Shown: piece by piece, positions 1-14,396 of the stretch
Numbering within the stretch: the first letter of the stretch is position 1
Layout of the letters: every line of letters starts with the position of its first letter
DNA from: Psilocybe cubensis
Lineage: Eukaryota
NCBI GenBank assembly: GCA_017499595.2
Contig: CM039001.1
Coordinates: forward strand, 1,674,001-1,738,000
DNA length: 64,000 bases
Direction: 5' to 3'
Translations under genes and position numbers: made by a program
Notes under the pieces: generated by a model
Database searches by the model: none
The model's input: only the letters and a program-made list of their open reading frames with translations
What the model was told of the DNA's origin: nothing

Positions 1-32
1 CTTCATATCCTATGTCTCTCACATCATTTTAG

Positions 33-136
33 ATGCTATTCAGAAATCAAGTGGTAATGCTCTAGAACCACTTTTCAAAGTATCTTCTTCGCGTAGACAG
101 GAGCAAAAGGATGACGACGACGAGTTTGATATGTAA
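33..136 (+). CDS. Last exon of a gene entering from the left edge (...DAIQKSSGNALEPLFKVSSSRRQEQKDDDDEFDM*), product unknown
   Basis: ttttag acceptor at 27-32 followed by an open frame ending in an acidic tail and TAA at 134-136. Confidence 0.55.
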
Positions 137-186
137 AATAATGCAAACTGGTTTACAACTTGATCTACAATTAATAACAGAAGTAA

Positions 187-3100
187 TTATCCAAACAAAC
201 GAAAGCGTATGATTGTCCGTTGACCTGGTATAAAACGATGAGAATGGTCAGGAAGAACAGCTATCTCAAGTTCGCATTGCATGGTCTTTGCCAATGTGCT
301 AATCGATGTCTGTCCGTCGTTTTGTTTGGGCCGCAGTATGGGTACGGGATAAAAGCAGGAATAACGGATGGAAATGCCTCCTCCTTCCAATTGCGATACC
401 AGTCTCTTTGGACTAGAGTGAGAACGTCAGTTTAAAAACATGTAGAGATCTTTCGTAGACACTCCCACCTGAATTTGATCCTGCCTACATATTCAATTTC
501 CCGTTTGAGTTTCAAAGCATTAGCGTCCACTTCCTCTTTTCGTTTTAGAATATCGAAATCAAGAGCAACCACAGAGAATTCGCCATCAAAGGCAAACAAG
601 GCATTGGCAGAACGTGGCTGGTTGAACAGAAAAAAGATTGACTGCACTTGTAGGAACCCAGACAATCGACTCTTAAAATCAAGTAACACGGCAGTGAAAC
701 ATTTGTATCGTTGATATGGACCCGGTCCCCGCGGCTGTCCAGACAGTAATCTATCAGGTTTACCGGCGATTGAAGGAGAATCTAAATACACACCCTTTCC
801 ATAGGCTTCTTGCTACCCCGGTGCAATAACTTAGGTCCATCAGGGTATCTATCAATCGACGGAGTTCGGTTTACAAGCCAAAGTCGCCTCGCATTACATT
901 GACTACAATCCCTCGATGTAGGATTCATCATTCCACAATCGAGGCTGCGACATCGACTGCTTGCACCTGCACTTTCTATTCTAATGAGATAATCCTGCGT
1001 GATTCAGTTCAATATAATGGAACAATAGCTGACGAATTTTATTAAGCTTACAAGTGACCGCAGCATGAAGTTAGCATCTCCGACCACTAGCTTTCGGCGG
1101 GAAGAAGTGGACGGTGACAAAGTAGTCTCCAAATTTTCTTGTTTCCTTCGCTCTGTTCGGCGAATGCGACACAAAGAGCACATTTTCCACCGATACTCAT
1201 TCACTGGAGGGATAATGAAGGTGCAAGTTCGAATAGCACATAGTCGAGCTCCCGGAACCAATCTGATCACACCCTTATATACAGGCATTTCTGTGGCAAG
1301 GTCCTACTCAAAGGTCGTGTCAGTAAAAATTTCCGACGGACGCAAATTTAGAGACATACCGTAGCTAACGGTGTACCCATACTTTGCGAATCCATCAATT
1401 CATCTTCCAACCGTAGATCAATTCTGGGAAGATTTTGCTTCCTGCGCTTATAATCTCGATTTCGAGCGCGACACAGGACGCATGACTTCCAACGCGACCC
1501 AGTAGGCAGAAGTTGCTCGCACCTCTGAGAAGAGCACTTCATAGTGTATGCACCCATCGGCCGTGGTGGTATCCGGATCTTGAAACCAGTTAGCACAGAG
1601 GGGCGCGACAACTAAAGATCTGGCTTCAATGGAAACGCTTGCAATATTGCAATATGAACTTACCTTTGTTTCTGAGCCCGACTCCGAATCCGAGTCCCTC
1701 TCGGGAGATTCAGTTAGGTCACTGAGATCACTATCCCACCCAGAAATCTGTTCAGCCTCGCCAAAGGTTGCATTATCCTGTTTGCAATCAGAAGAACTAG
1801 CAATTCCATGATTGACGCCAGACTTCGAATCCAAGGGATCTTGTGAGCATTCCTTCGACACCTCCGAAGATTCTTTTGGGATCAATATTGCTGCTTCAGG
1901 TGCTTCAGGTAGACCGACTTCAGCTTCCACTATCCCATCAAGGTTGAGATAGTCCTCTAGCTCAGGGGCATTGCTATTGTGTTGTTCAGCACTCGAAGAT
2001 AATTTGTTTATCTTGAACTGCACAACCTGCCCATCTGAGGATGGGCTTGTGACGGGTGGTTCTGGACTTGTAGAAACCTTTGCATGTCCTTCGATTTCAT
2101 CCGCCCAAGAAACACCTTTCTTCTTGACTTTGCTAGAGGTCGAAGGGCGAGACACTGTCGTGTTCCAGGCCAGATTGGATTCGGTGATTATTTGAGGCGT
2201 CGTTCGTATTTTCGCACCCTCCCTCTTAGCCTTCCACTCGCGTTTGACGCACGACAAACACCTGCTGGCAAATGAGCCACTAGAGACAATGCCGGTACAA
2301 TTACTAGTGGAGCATAGCTTCAATGTCCGAACGCGCTTACATTGCAAAAAAAATCAGAAACGAGTAGTTGGCAATAGAACGGCAGATGAGCTCACTTTTT
2401 TGGAGGGTTTGAGTGATACTGGATCTAGAGATTCGTTCAAGATTTGACCATTGGGTGGACAGGGCAACGCAGCCGACGTAGGATCCGTCAAATCTATAAT
2501 AGGGGGGTGAGATAGTTTTTGACGTTTCGTCGGAGGTTCTTCTGTCTTTAGAAAACCTTTTAGCCGTTCTTGTGAATTCGGTGTCAGTGGCGAAGTCGGT
2601 GGGCTGATCCCCGGGTCCTGGGAACGCTGTAAGGGCGGGTATGATGCATAGGGCGTCTAACTTGCCTCGGGATACTTAAGCTCTAGATTCTCCAGATCGA
2701 CGTCGTCGTCAGCATCTGGCTCATCTTTGGAGGCATCCTAGCTATTTATTAGATAAGTGAATTTACAACAAAAAATTGGGTATACATGAATGGGTATGCC
2801 ATTTTGGGAGCCACTGGTACTGGCGCTTGTCTGTCGGGCATGGTCATTTCCACTGGAAGAAACAACGGATGTAATGCTCTTTATCCGACATTGGGAACAA
2901 GGGTCTCCGTTACTGGTATGAGGGCACGAAAAGGTTGGCACACTAGATTTATTGCTAGTTTCAGGTGTATGACTTGAACTTGACTGGAAGACTGGCATGT
3001 GAACAGGTTCATTGATCGTAAACGTATTTTTGCTTACCACAGTGGGAACACCGTTGAGCACAATTTCACCCCGAGAATTGAAGTATTCCACGGGTCGAGG

Positions 3101-3608
3101 CCGAGCTTGAGTAATCTGAATTGGCCTCTCACGTTCATTTTGATGGGATACTGATAGGTAAGAGCGCATGCTGCTGGCTTGTGAAAACGGTTTTGAGGCC
3201 CGGTCCTGTAGCAAAAAGTTAGTGGAAATCATTTTCATTGAGTGATAAGACTTTACCATTGGCATAAGGTACTGCGCACGCTGTAAGGCGACCAGTTAAC
3301 TTTGCCGGAATGGAGAAATTGATCATACATACCACTGAGGAAGGGATTTCCTTTCTCATAACTTCCGCATTCATTTGTCTGAGACTTTTTCTTTCCAAAG
3401 CGCCATGACGCCCTGAAATATTCCTCACAACCCTTTCATGCGAAAAAGAACGCGCCCGCATTGCAGCTACACATTGATCGCACATATTGCCTCTGAACGG
3501 ACCCGTTATTATTGTTGTGCAATGTCTTTCTGAGCATACGCGAACCATAGGAGTAGTTTTTGGTGCAGGAGATCGTATGGATGATACAGGAGGTTGACCC
3601 ATCTCCAT
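187..3608 (-). CDS. Multi-exon hypothetical protein with five C-x4-C-x(9-14)-C-x2-C putative zinc fingers and a compact C-terminal domain
   Basis: Chain of minus-strand ORFs (3219..3608, 2738..3265, 1448..2347, 1348..1611, 1004..1288, an exon near 795-990, 432..791, 187..390) separated by GT-AG intron-like gaps, with a recurrent Cys motif. Not all junctions were traced. Confidence 0.7.
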
Positions 3609-4333
3609 TGCGCGCCAAACCTAGTATCAAGAGTCGACAAACAGCTGCCAAAAAAGAGAAAGCTAGAAATCAATAGCCAGAGTTGAAGAAAAGTCGTAAA
3701 TTCGGTTTTCTGTGGCCTGAGTTGTCGACGCGAAAAAAAAGGTGCTCCATTTAGTTGAAAAAAAATTCCAATTACGGAGTAGCTATCTTTTGGGTTCCGC
3801 GAATCAGACGCCCTGAAAATTGCAAGAAAACGGCATATTATTTGCGTCACACTAGCACCTTATATGGTAGTCACTGACGCCATCTGTCACAGAGTCCCGT
3901 GCTAATGATGATTACATCATGATGGCAGTTGTGTTGGGTCGGTCTTGCCGGTATCCTTGATTCCTGCCAACTGCTTAGTGTAGCAATGTACACCACTTCT
4001 AGTAAGTTGCTTGCTGGTGCTTCAGAATTGAGGTTGACCATCATTATGGCGAGTTGATGACAATGATGACAGACACCGACAGTCCGCTCAACGATCCTGC
4101 ATAACTCGCTCCATCCTGAGTGGTTGAAACTCTCTGATGTATACTACCCCATGGTACAAAGGAATGATTAAATCCGTTGATGGTGGAAGTAATTGCGGCG
4201 CATGGCTGTGCTTTGCCGACAACGTAAAAAGGCGCCTTCAGTGAGCCGTATTCCTTAGACTGGACTCTCATCTCCCCCTTCAGCACCGTCCGTGACGGAA
4301 AGACTCAGGTTAAGTCTTTGTGCTCTTTACATC

Positions 4334-5447
4334 ATGGCAATTCAATTCTGGAGCTGGATCTTCATCATCCAAACACTTCTATTCCAGACCGGCTGTGCTC
4401 AACCCACTCCAAATCACAATTATGGAGTGCTTACTAGCAGAGCATTGGAGAGCGTTTTCATGTCTGTGTCATTTTATAACCATCAGGCTATCGTACTAAA
4501 AACTTGTATTCAGTCGCGGTCTTACGAAGGCGGAAAAGGCTCGGAATACTTATATTGCATTGGCCATTGCCGCCAGTGTGGTTTTGATTGCGGGTCTGAC
4601 TGGTCTTCTGGTACTGCACTTGAGGCAAAAGCAGACTGTCGCGGAGCCTGAATCGGCGGGTATCCCAGCTGTCAAGCCACACTGGTGGATGGTGGAAGGC
4701 AAAAATGAGAAGATGCTGGATTGGCGGTGGAGATTGAGCCATGGGGTTTCAACGCCTGGGCATATCATCCACTCTTCTGAAGGGACCTCTAAGATTGATC
4801 GTTTAAGAAAGGCCCTTAATATTCCCAGGAAGACCTCAGATGTCCAACCTATTCTTCCAATGCACCGCCCACAAGTTGCCAGCCCTACCGAGACCTTGAA
4901 CCTCCCAATGCAAACCATGGATAACATACAACCAATTTACCCGGCTGCGCTTGAACGCGGTTACAAGGACGTTCAACCACCTCAGATTCCTGCTGTTACA
5001 ATTGCCACATACGATGTCAACAAACGATCGAGGCGCAGTCCAAATGTTCCACCCAAGGCTATTGTTATCCAGAGCGGCCGCTCGACGCTTTCGCGCTCTT
5101 TGGCTCGTAGTGGTGCCCCAAGATCTCCTGCAGGTCGCCGCTGGTTGCAGAGGAATTCATTCAGACATCCTTTCTTGCCCCTCAAGGACTATGATGTCAC
5201 GAGAGTATCAACACCAGCTGATCCCCAACTCGGAATTGGGTACGGATCCAAGGCTCACGAATCCCGCATTGTGACACTCATACCTGCCGGTGTTCCTCCT
5301 AGTTCACTTAATCCTCCCCACCAGGCCAGGGCTCCAATCAGAAAGCCCGCCGCTCTTCGATTACTGAACGACCCCTCAAGACGTGTTCGCGTTGGGTTAC
5401 CATCTTCTCCTCGACCAGTTCGCGCTTCTCCTCGACCTGCTGTTTAA
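4334..5447 (+). CDS. Single-pass type I membrane protein (signal peptide, TM helix, Pro/Arg/Ser-rich cytoplasmic tail), function unknown
   Basis: MAIQFWSWIFIIQTLLFQTGCAQP signal-like N-terminus; one intron near 4463-4513; hydrophobic IALAIAASVVLIAGLTGLLVLHL followed by RQKQ; ORF 4560..5447. Confidence 0.7.
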
Positions 5448-5564
5448 GTACATCGTTAAATGTATCATAACAGTGTACATTTAAACCAATGATAAGGTTA
5501 CGGTATAGCAATTTTGGTCATACATGATACATCGCATCAGTATGTTTGAATGTAAGTAGGCCTT

Positions 5565-7204
<1,640 letters not shown>

Positions 7205-7329
7205 GGTTGAATATACTCCTAGGTGCAGCCTGAAGTTAAAAAGAGAAACCGGAGCGGTCTACACAGGTCTACCACCTATTTAAAAGAGATTTGCCTGAGC
7301 TCAGGACATCGGCCGAGAGTAGCCGACAG

Positions 7330-7388
7330 ACGCGACCATCACGTGGAAGCGCGTTATTTCTGTGTTATGGTTTATTGGCGCGTCGCGT
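7330..7388. promoter_or_regulatory. Cluster of four ACGCG/CGCGT (MCB-like) cores plus a CACGTG E-box in the LYS12/CDT2 divergent promoter
   Basis: ACGCG 7330, CACGTG 7340, CGCGT 7350, 7379 and 7384; cdt2 is an MBF target in fission yeast. Confidence 0.5.
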
Positions 7389-7468
7389 GCCTTCTTAAAC
7401 GAGAATTCCGGCGAATGGGCAACCTACTCCGTAACTCTATCCATTGATACCCAATTTCATACTGCACA

Positions 7469-9281
7469 ATGCTTCCCAGTCCCAGCTCATCACCGCGAGC
7501 AGCACTCGCTCCATGTACAAATACGCTTCGAACACCCCAAACTACTAAATCCGCCAAATATCTACCTACGCCACCCATCGAGAGCAAAACCAAAAGACAC
7601 CGCCCAGTCGAGCACAAATCAGTGAATAAATCGCACAAGCGTTTAAAACTCGAAGAAACAGAACTGTCCTCGGACAGCGAACAGAGTGATTATGACGAGG
7701 AAGAAGATGTCGCTATGAAGGAGCCTGAAAGTCGGGTGCCACATGTCAAAGTCAGAAAGAGCATACCGCACCATTTATTTTCGCGTTTCATAACGTCTCC
7801 TGTGATGGTATGCAGGGGACAAAGATGTAAGTAGCTCTTTGCAATATTCAATTTCCCAAGTTAATGGCTTTAGTAGCATCTTCTCTTCCAATTCTACAGT
7901 CTTTTGTGTCTTCGAACAAATCCGACGTGTTTAAGTGTCACTCAGTAGGAGGAGATACATATCTAACCCCACCTTATGCCTGCTCGTATTCGTCTGGTAA
8001 GTGATTGTCACCCTATAGGTGTACACCGCCTCACAAATGTCTAGATGCGAAAGCTGGAGGGAAACCATTGCTGGCAGTCGCGACCGAACAAGGCACTGTG
8101 CACATCTTTGATACAACGAGGAGAAAGGACTGGGACTGCGGTGAGCAACATATTCAGACGATCGTCGTCCTTTTCTTACATTCATACGAAACTTAGAGAT
8201 ACCCAGAACGACTTACCAGCCGCATTTCAACGGCATATTCGATATCAAATGGAATCTCGATGGCAGGTCACTGGCGACTTGTTCTGGTGACCAATCGACA
8301 AGAATAACGTCCGCAGAAACAGGTGTAATAACCAATGTACTCCGCGGACATACGAGCACAGTCAAGTGCTTGTCATGGGATCCTTCCAATACATCCTTAT
8401 TGGCGACAGGCGGTCGGGATGGTGCCATATGCCTTTGGGACCTGCGGGTGGGTGAACGTGTCCATGATACGGAAACAACAGCTTCAGCCCCAGTAATGAC
8501 GATCTTTGGTGCACACGAAAACACGACCGTTAAGAGCAAACCAAAATCTCGAAAAGGAAAACAGAACCCATCACCTCGCACAGTTACCAATTTACTGTAC
8601 CCTGGATCAGAGCCTTTTAGCATAGTTAGCAGCGGTTCGTTTGACGGGTAAGTTACAACTGCGTCTTGATGTGAGTAATTTGCATGCTCATGCTACTGTT
8701 TTAGCATACTTCGCTGCTGGGACTTGCGAACACCTGCTACCCCGAAAAAAAAGACCGCAAAATTAAGCGTCCCAACAGAATTATATTCTTCTCTGATCGA
8801 TCCAACGACACGGACTTCTAAACGAGCTAGGGGCATTCTCAGCATGACCACCGGGACGGGGCCATCCGCAGGGCTTATATTTGCCTTCAGTGCTGACTCT
8901 CGAATCCACATCTACGATCTTCCGAGTTTGAATGCCCACAATGCCTCTTACTCCCACGAGAACCTCCAAACAAGTTCCTTTTATGTAGGGCTGTCAGTTT
9001 CACCTTGTGGACGATGGTTGGCATGCGGAGGAAGTCCAAATACGGGAAACAGTTTTCTCTTTGACGTTGAGAACGCTTCGGGGACAAGTTCAATACAAAG
9101 CCAAGGAGTTGAGTTAAAGGGGCAAATGGGGGAAGTGGGGAGTGTTGATTGGGCTGCGGAATCGCTGGCTACGTGTGCGGACGATGGTACTGTCAGAGTG
9201 TGGAGACCGGATTTAACGACACACATCAAATGCCGCGAGCAACCAGAGGAAAGTAGTTGGGACTGGAGTTGGTCAATGTAG
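7469..9281 (+). CDS. CDT2: WD40-repeat CRL4 substrate receptor, Cdt2/DTL homologue
   Basis: LLAVATEQGTVHIFDT, HFNGIFDIKW, SGDQSTRI, GHTSTVKCLSWDP..LLATGGRDGAICLWDLR, SSFYV.LSVSPCGRWLACG are typical of the DTL/Cdt2 WD40 repeats. Confidence 0.8.
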
Positions 9282-9446
9282 TCGTTTCAGTTGAAAGCTA
9301 GTTGTATTACGCGTGAAGGTGTGCACTGCGCGATCGGTGTTTGCATGATGAGCGTGTGAGGAAATATTATTATACAATTAAGGTATCCAGATCACCGTGG
9401 AGGGCAACAAAATGTTTAGAAAATAATGGGAATGGCAATGGGCCAT

Positions 9447-10333
9447 TTACTTCTGCTGTATTGCATTTACAAGCCTAGGCACATACCAAGGTCACTCATA
9501 GATGTTGACCCACAATATTTTGAAGACTTACCAATCCAACCCTTCTTCTAAACCTTCGCCTTTGGTCGCACAACTTCCCCTGACACTCCATGGTCGTGTC
9601 TTCTCCCCACCTGCAAGGCCAAGCTGCTCACTGATTTCTTCAGGCTTGAGAGCACCTTCGACGTCCTGTTTATTGCAAAACACCAATAGGGGGGCGCCCT
9701 TCAATTCTTCTTCCGACAGCATCGTTAGAAGCTCGGTACGCGACGTTGTCAACCGAGAATGGTCTGATGAATCAATGACATAAATAATTGCTGAGGTGTT
9801 GGGGAAATAGCATCGCCAATATGGCCTGCACGATGTCGTACCGTGATTAGTCAGGGTCGGGGATAGGTGACTACGCTCACATACCGGATACTCGACTGGC
9901 CACCGAGATCCCAGACTTGGAATTTGATGTTTTTATACTAAATTATGTTTATTCAGTACGTGAAGTCCAGCAACCGCCGAAACAAATACCTGTACTGTCT
10001 CGACGTTGAAACCAATTGCTTACAGTTGATGTGTCAGCCTTCAGCTTCACAGCAGACAAGGGATATAACTCACTGGGTATTGTGGAGACAACTTCGCCAA
10101 TCTAACCAGGATATTGAGAAAGACGAATTGTCAATATTAATGGCCATACCTGAAGTCTATAAAGGATAGTTGTCTGGAACCGACACGAATCAGTACCAAA
10201 CCATAATCGACTACGTAGCACAGACCTTTCCAGCAGAATCCAGCCCTAACATGAGAATCCGGACGTCCTGGTCCTTGCTCCATCGAACCAGCGAGGACAA
10301 AGATTGAAAGAGAGATGATATTGAGAGACCCAT
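9447..10333 (-). CDS. ARL1: ADP-ribosylation factor-like GTPase Arl1
   Basis: MG myristoylation start, [73 protein letters not shown]; several 24-30 nt exons. Confidence 0.93.
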
Positions 10334-10534
10334 GATTGAAAAGGACGGAAGGTATATGGGAGTAAATAACAAACAGGCTTTGGGCGGCAGTGCATCTCTT
10401 TCTGGGAAACGCTCGGCAGAAGAGTTCCCAAATTCATAAGCACGTGAGAGACGCGCGATAATACCTCGTCGATCCAATTTCGTTTTCTAGTAACTTTGCA
10501 TCTCTTTTCTGACTCTAACTCCCCGACAGATACC

Positions 10535-11626
10535 ATGGGAGCTTCCCCAACAAATGTAAAGGACTCAAAGGATGTCAAAAAGTCAAGCAAGTCACGCAAA
10601 AAGTCAAGGAAAGCCGCTGTCATCGTCGAGGTATCTGAAGATACAGCGGGAACTAGTACTACGCCAAAAGAGTCCACTCTGAGCACAAACATTCTTGAAA
10701 AGACCGGTGTAGACGGCGTGGACACCGAAACTGTGTTTGAGAACAAAAAGGCGCTGAAGAGGGCTATCAGGGCGGCCAGAGTCCGCCGACCTGCAGACGA
10801 AAATGCTGCTTCGAAAAAGGAATCGGGCAATAAGCGTAAAGACAGGGCAGAAGATGCAGCATCCGATGAACCTCCAAAGAAGAAACACAAAAACAGGACC
10901 GAGTTTGCAGACCCGAGAGTTGACACAACATTAAATCCTCAATCAAGTAAAGGTGCACTTCTTCAGCTTTCGGAATCTTCAAGTTTGTGTTCTCACCGTT
11001 AGCGTATTGAATTGCAGCCTTGGAATATGCCTTCACTCAGATGAACCGACCTTCCAAATGGAAATTTAACAAGGCTAGACAAAATTGGCTTATTCGAAAC
11101 ATATGGGCGCCTGAAGCTGTGAGTTTTAAAAGCCTTGGATTATGCATCATCTGACATGCTTCATTTTCAGTTACCGGACGTATATGTACCTCTCGTCGTA
11201 AAATATTTGACCAACGTCCAAGGAGGATCGAGGCAGGTGAGAATCAATCTCTGACTTCGACCGTGACTGGTGCTTACCTTGATTCAAAAGAAATTGATAG
11301 AGTCTTGTCAATCATATCTCAAAGTAGAAGAAAAGCAAGATTCAGCGCAGGAAAATACGGCTCCATCAACAATTTCACAAGCAGAAAAAGAAACTACTAC
11401 TTTAAAATCGATACTAAAACCAACACCTGGACCTTTGATTCCTGGGCCTCTTATTGACACACCCTCTGCACCTTCAGCTGGGCCTGAAGGCTCAGGGATT
11501 CCTGCCTCAGGTGCGATCGTACCTGCATCCGAGGCTCCCCTGTCAGCCATAGCACTTGCAGATATCAGACGTACACGGGCGCAAACCTTACTTGATGCAC
11601 TGGGTGGGCCTAAAGAAATACCATAA
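10535..11626 (+). CDS. WKF-domain (DUF2373 / C7orf50 / yeast YCR016W-like) Lys-rich nucleolar protein
   Basis: ALEYAFTQMNRPSKWKFNKARQNWLIRNIW...VVKYLTNVQGGSR after a basic low-complexity N-terminus. Confidence 0.8.
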
Positions 11627-11913
11627 CGCCAGCACTACGAATTTGTTGATGCTAAAGGGCTGTATCATTACTATTAACAAAACTAGGTTAATTATCTATA
11701 CCATCTATTGAAAAGAGAACAATATCACGGTATCAATGACATTCACGTTAACTATCTATGCAAAATGTATGTTGCAAATAATCGTGTATTCACTTTTAGA
11801 TTTCCATAAGGCGCTACTATCCAGATTCTCCAAACATCACGCAACACCGTGATTGATGCCGCGCATCTCCAATTTAAGCACAAACGGGCTTGACTTGTTC
11901 ACCCATCATAACT

Positions 11914-13997
11914 ATGTCAGACGACGAACTTAAGGTCGTCGCCATTACTGGCTTCAAGTCCCTGATATCGTCAAGAAAATTACACACCCCAACGACGTCA
12001 ATGGACCTCTTAACCAGCGTAATGACTACCAAAATGCCAGCTGAATTGCTTCCAAACTCGCCAACACCCAAATTCCGTCTTACAGACCTTGCCCGCTTCG
12101 AGCGCATAGTAGAGGATCTCTCGAGCACATGGAGTGATGGTGTACTGTCATTCTCTCGAGATGGGGCATCTGGAAAGATGATAATATTGGAACTAGGGCT
12201 AAATTCCCCTTGTTCTGGCGCTCATCGACCTCTTCTTGGCGCTGCAAACCCTTCCTCGAATTCTGCTGGAGGTGGCCTGGCTGTCCTTGGGACAAGGAAG
12301 AGGAAGAGAGTTATAGATGAAGACGCAGACTCTGCTGCTGGAGACGACGATGACGCGTTGCAGGAAGATGAGGGAACCACCGTTACGTCGACCTCGACAC
12401 TAGCCAACCTGAGCGCTGAAATGAAGGAGGTTTACATGATTCTTCAGAAAGGTACAGCTAAAGGGCGACTCCTTGCTGAGCAGGTACTACTTGCTGTCTT
12501 CTCTCTCCCTTAATTGAATCTGACATCACGATGATCTTACTCGAATAGTTTCATTCGCGGGACGAGAACTTTGACCCCATTTGTAGTTACATCACAAAAG
12601 AAGATTGTGCAAAAGCTCACAGAACATCTTCAAAAGCTTCCAATTCTGCTCCACCGAGTATCTGTGAACGTGTACATTTCCGCCCCCTCATTCGACCTCA
12701 TACAGATGTGACACTAGGGCATTGTTCCTATCTCAACACATGCTATTCTGAACCTACCTACGCCCAGTCACCTTCACTCCCCCCATTCCCTGGTTCGAGC
12801 AACGTTCATGGTACTGTCCCTCTCAATACTCGCGGTCCAACCTCGCTGCCGTCCGGTTTGGGTGCGGGAGGACGGGGAAAAGAGAAAGCACCGTGTCGGT
12901 ATCTTCATTACGAAGTGGACTGGGATGGAGGTGACGGTGACTGGAAGAAAGAGTCGCCACCAAAAAAGAAGTTTCACAGGTTGAGGATAGGACTGGGTCC
13001 CAATGGTAGGATCACCAAACCGGTGTGTTCTTATGTTATCTTTTTGTTTACAACTTCTTAACACTAGATACAGCTCCCACCGCAATGGATAAACTGCGAC
13101 CTCCGCACATTTGATTATTCTACATTGGGCAAATTTCACGTCATTATGGCCGATCCACCGTGGGACATCCACATGAGTGTGCGTTGTTTGTCTTCTTTCA
13201 GTACCAAGTGATTACTGATCTTCTGACTGCTACCAGCTTCCTTATGGCACTATGAACGACGACGAGATGAGAAAAATGCCTATTCCCATGCTTCAAGACG
13301 AAGGGTTCTTGTTCTTGTGGGTAACAGGTCGCGCCATGGAAGTCGGCCGTGAGTGCATGCGAGTTTGGGGATACACTCGCGTGGATGAAGTAGTATGGGT
13401 CAAAACAAATCAAGTAAACGACATTCCTTTCATTTCCTGATACACTCGTACTCACATATCCCAAGCTGCAACGCGTCATTCGTACAGGCCGTACAGGGCA
13501 TTGGCTTAATCACACGAAAGAGCATATGCTCGTTGGAGTTAAAACAGTCTTGGACGATAAAGGCGCGTTGAAATTCCCCTCGTGGGCAAATCGTGCGTTG
13601 GATACGGACGTGATTGTGTCTGAAGTACGAGAAACGAGCAGAAAACCCGATGAAGTGTATGGACTCATCGAAAGGATGTGTCCAGGGGGGAGGAAGGTAG
13701 AGATATTTGGCAGAAAGCATAACGTTCGGCCAGGGTGAGTGTACAATCAAAATTTGTAACATCAAGCTGGCCTGTGAAATATTTATCCTTTTCCCTTACC
13801 AGGTGGCTCACACTGGGCAACCAGCTGGGAGCAGATCAGATATTCGAAGAGGATTTGGCGCTTCGCGTCAAGGCCAAGTACACCTTGTCCCTTGCCATCT
13901 ATTCCAAGATCAGTATTTGACATTTTTTGCTTGCAGGTACCCCGACAGGCAGATAAACGCGCCTATGACCTACAAAAACAATACTCGCGCGTCTTAA
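11914..13997 (+). CDS. IME4: mRNA N6-adenosine methyltransferase catalytic subunit (MT-A70, METTL3/Ime4)
   Basis: [95 protein letters not shown] fingers upstream. Confidence 0.93.
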
Positions 13998-14396
13998 CAC
14001 AAATTTATTGACTACATCACGTTCTTACGATTTTGGGACATTGGTATGATTTGCTTTCGAAACTATGCCTTTTTTATGCTTTCCACTGCATCTTATTACT
14101 TTGTACGACATATAATTGTGTAACATGCCCTCTACGGTTTTTTTGTAACTTATATCCTGTACTTGGACACCTATATATATCATATTCAAATACTTATTTA
14201 TCACTGAGGTTTGATTGCGGAATGCTTCGGGTTACGATTATTATATACAGCTAATATCTATATCTATATTTGATCTCTACATTAGATGAGCTATCTACCG
14301 GTCCATACATCAATAAAATATAATCCACCATACAATATCTTCCCAGGGCAACAACAACGTCAGAGCTGCAGAATTGGATTAAATGCAAGGTATAAA

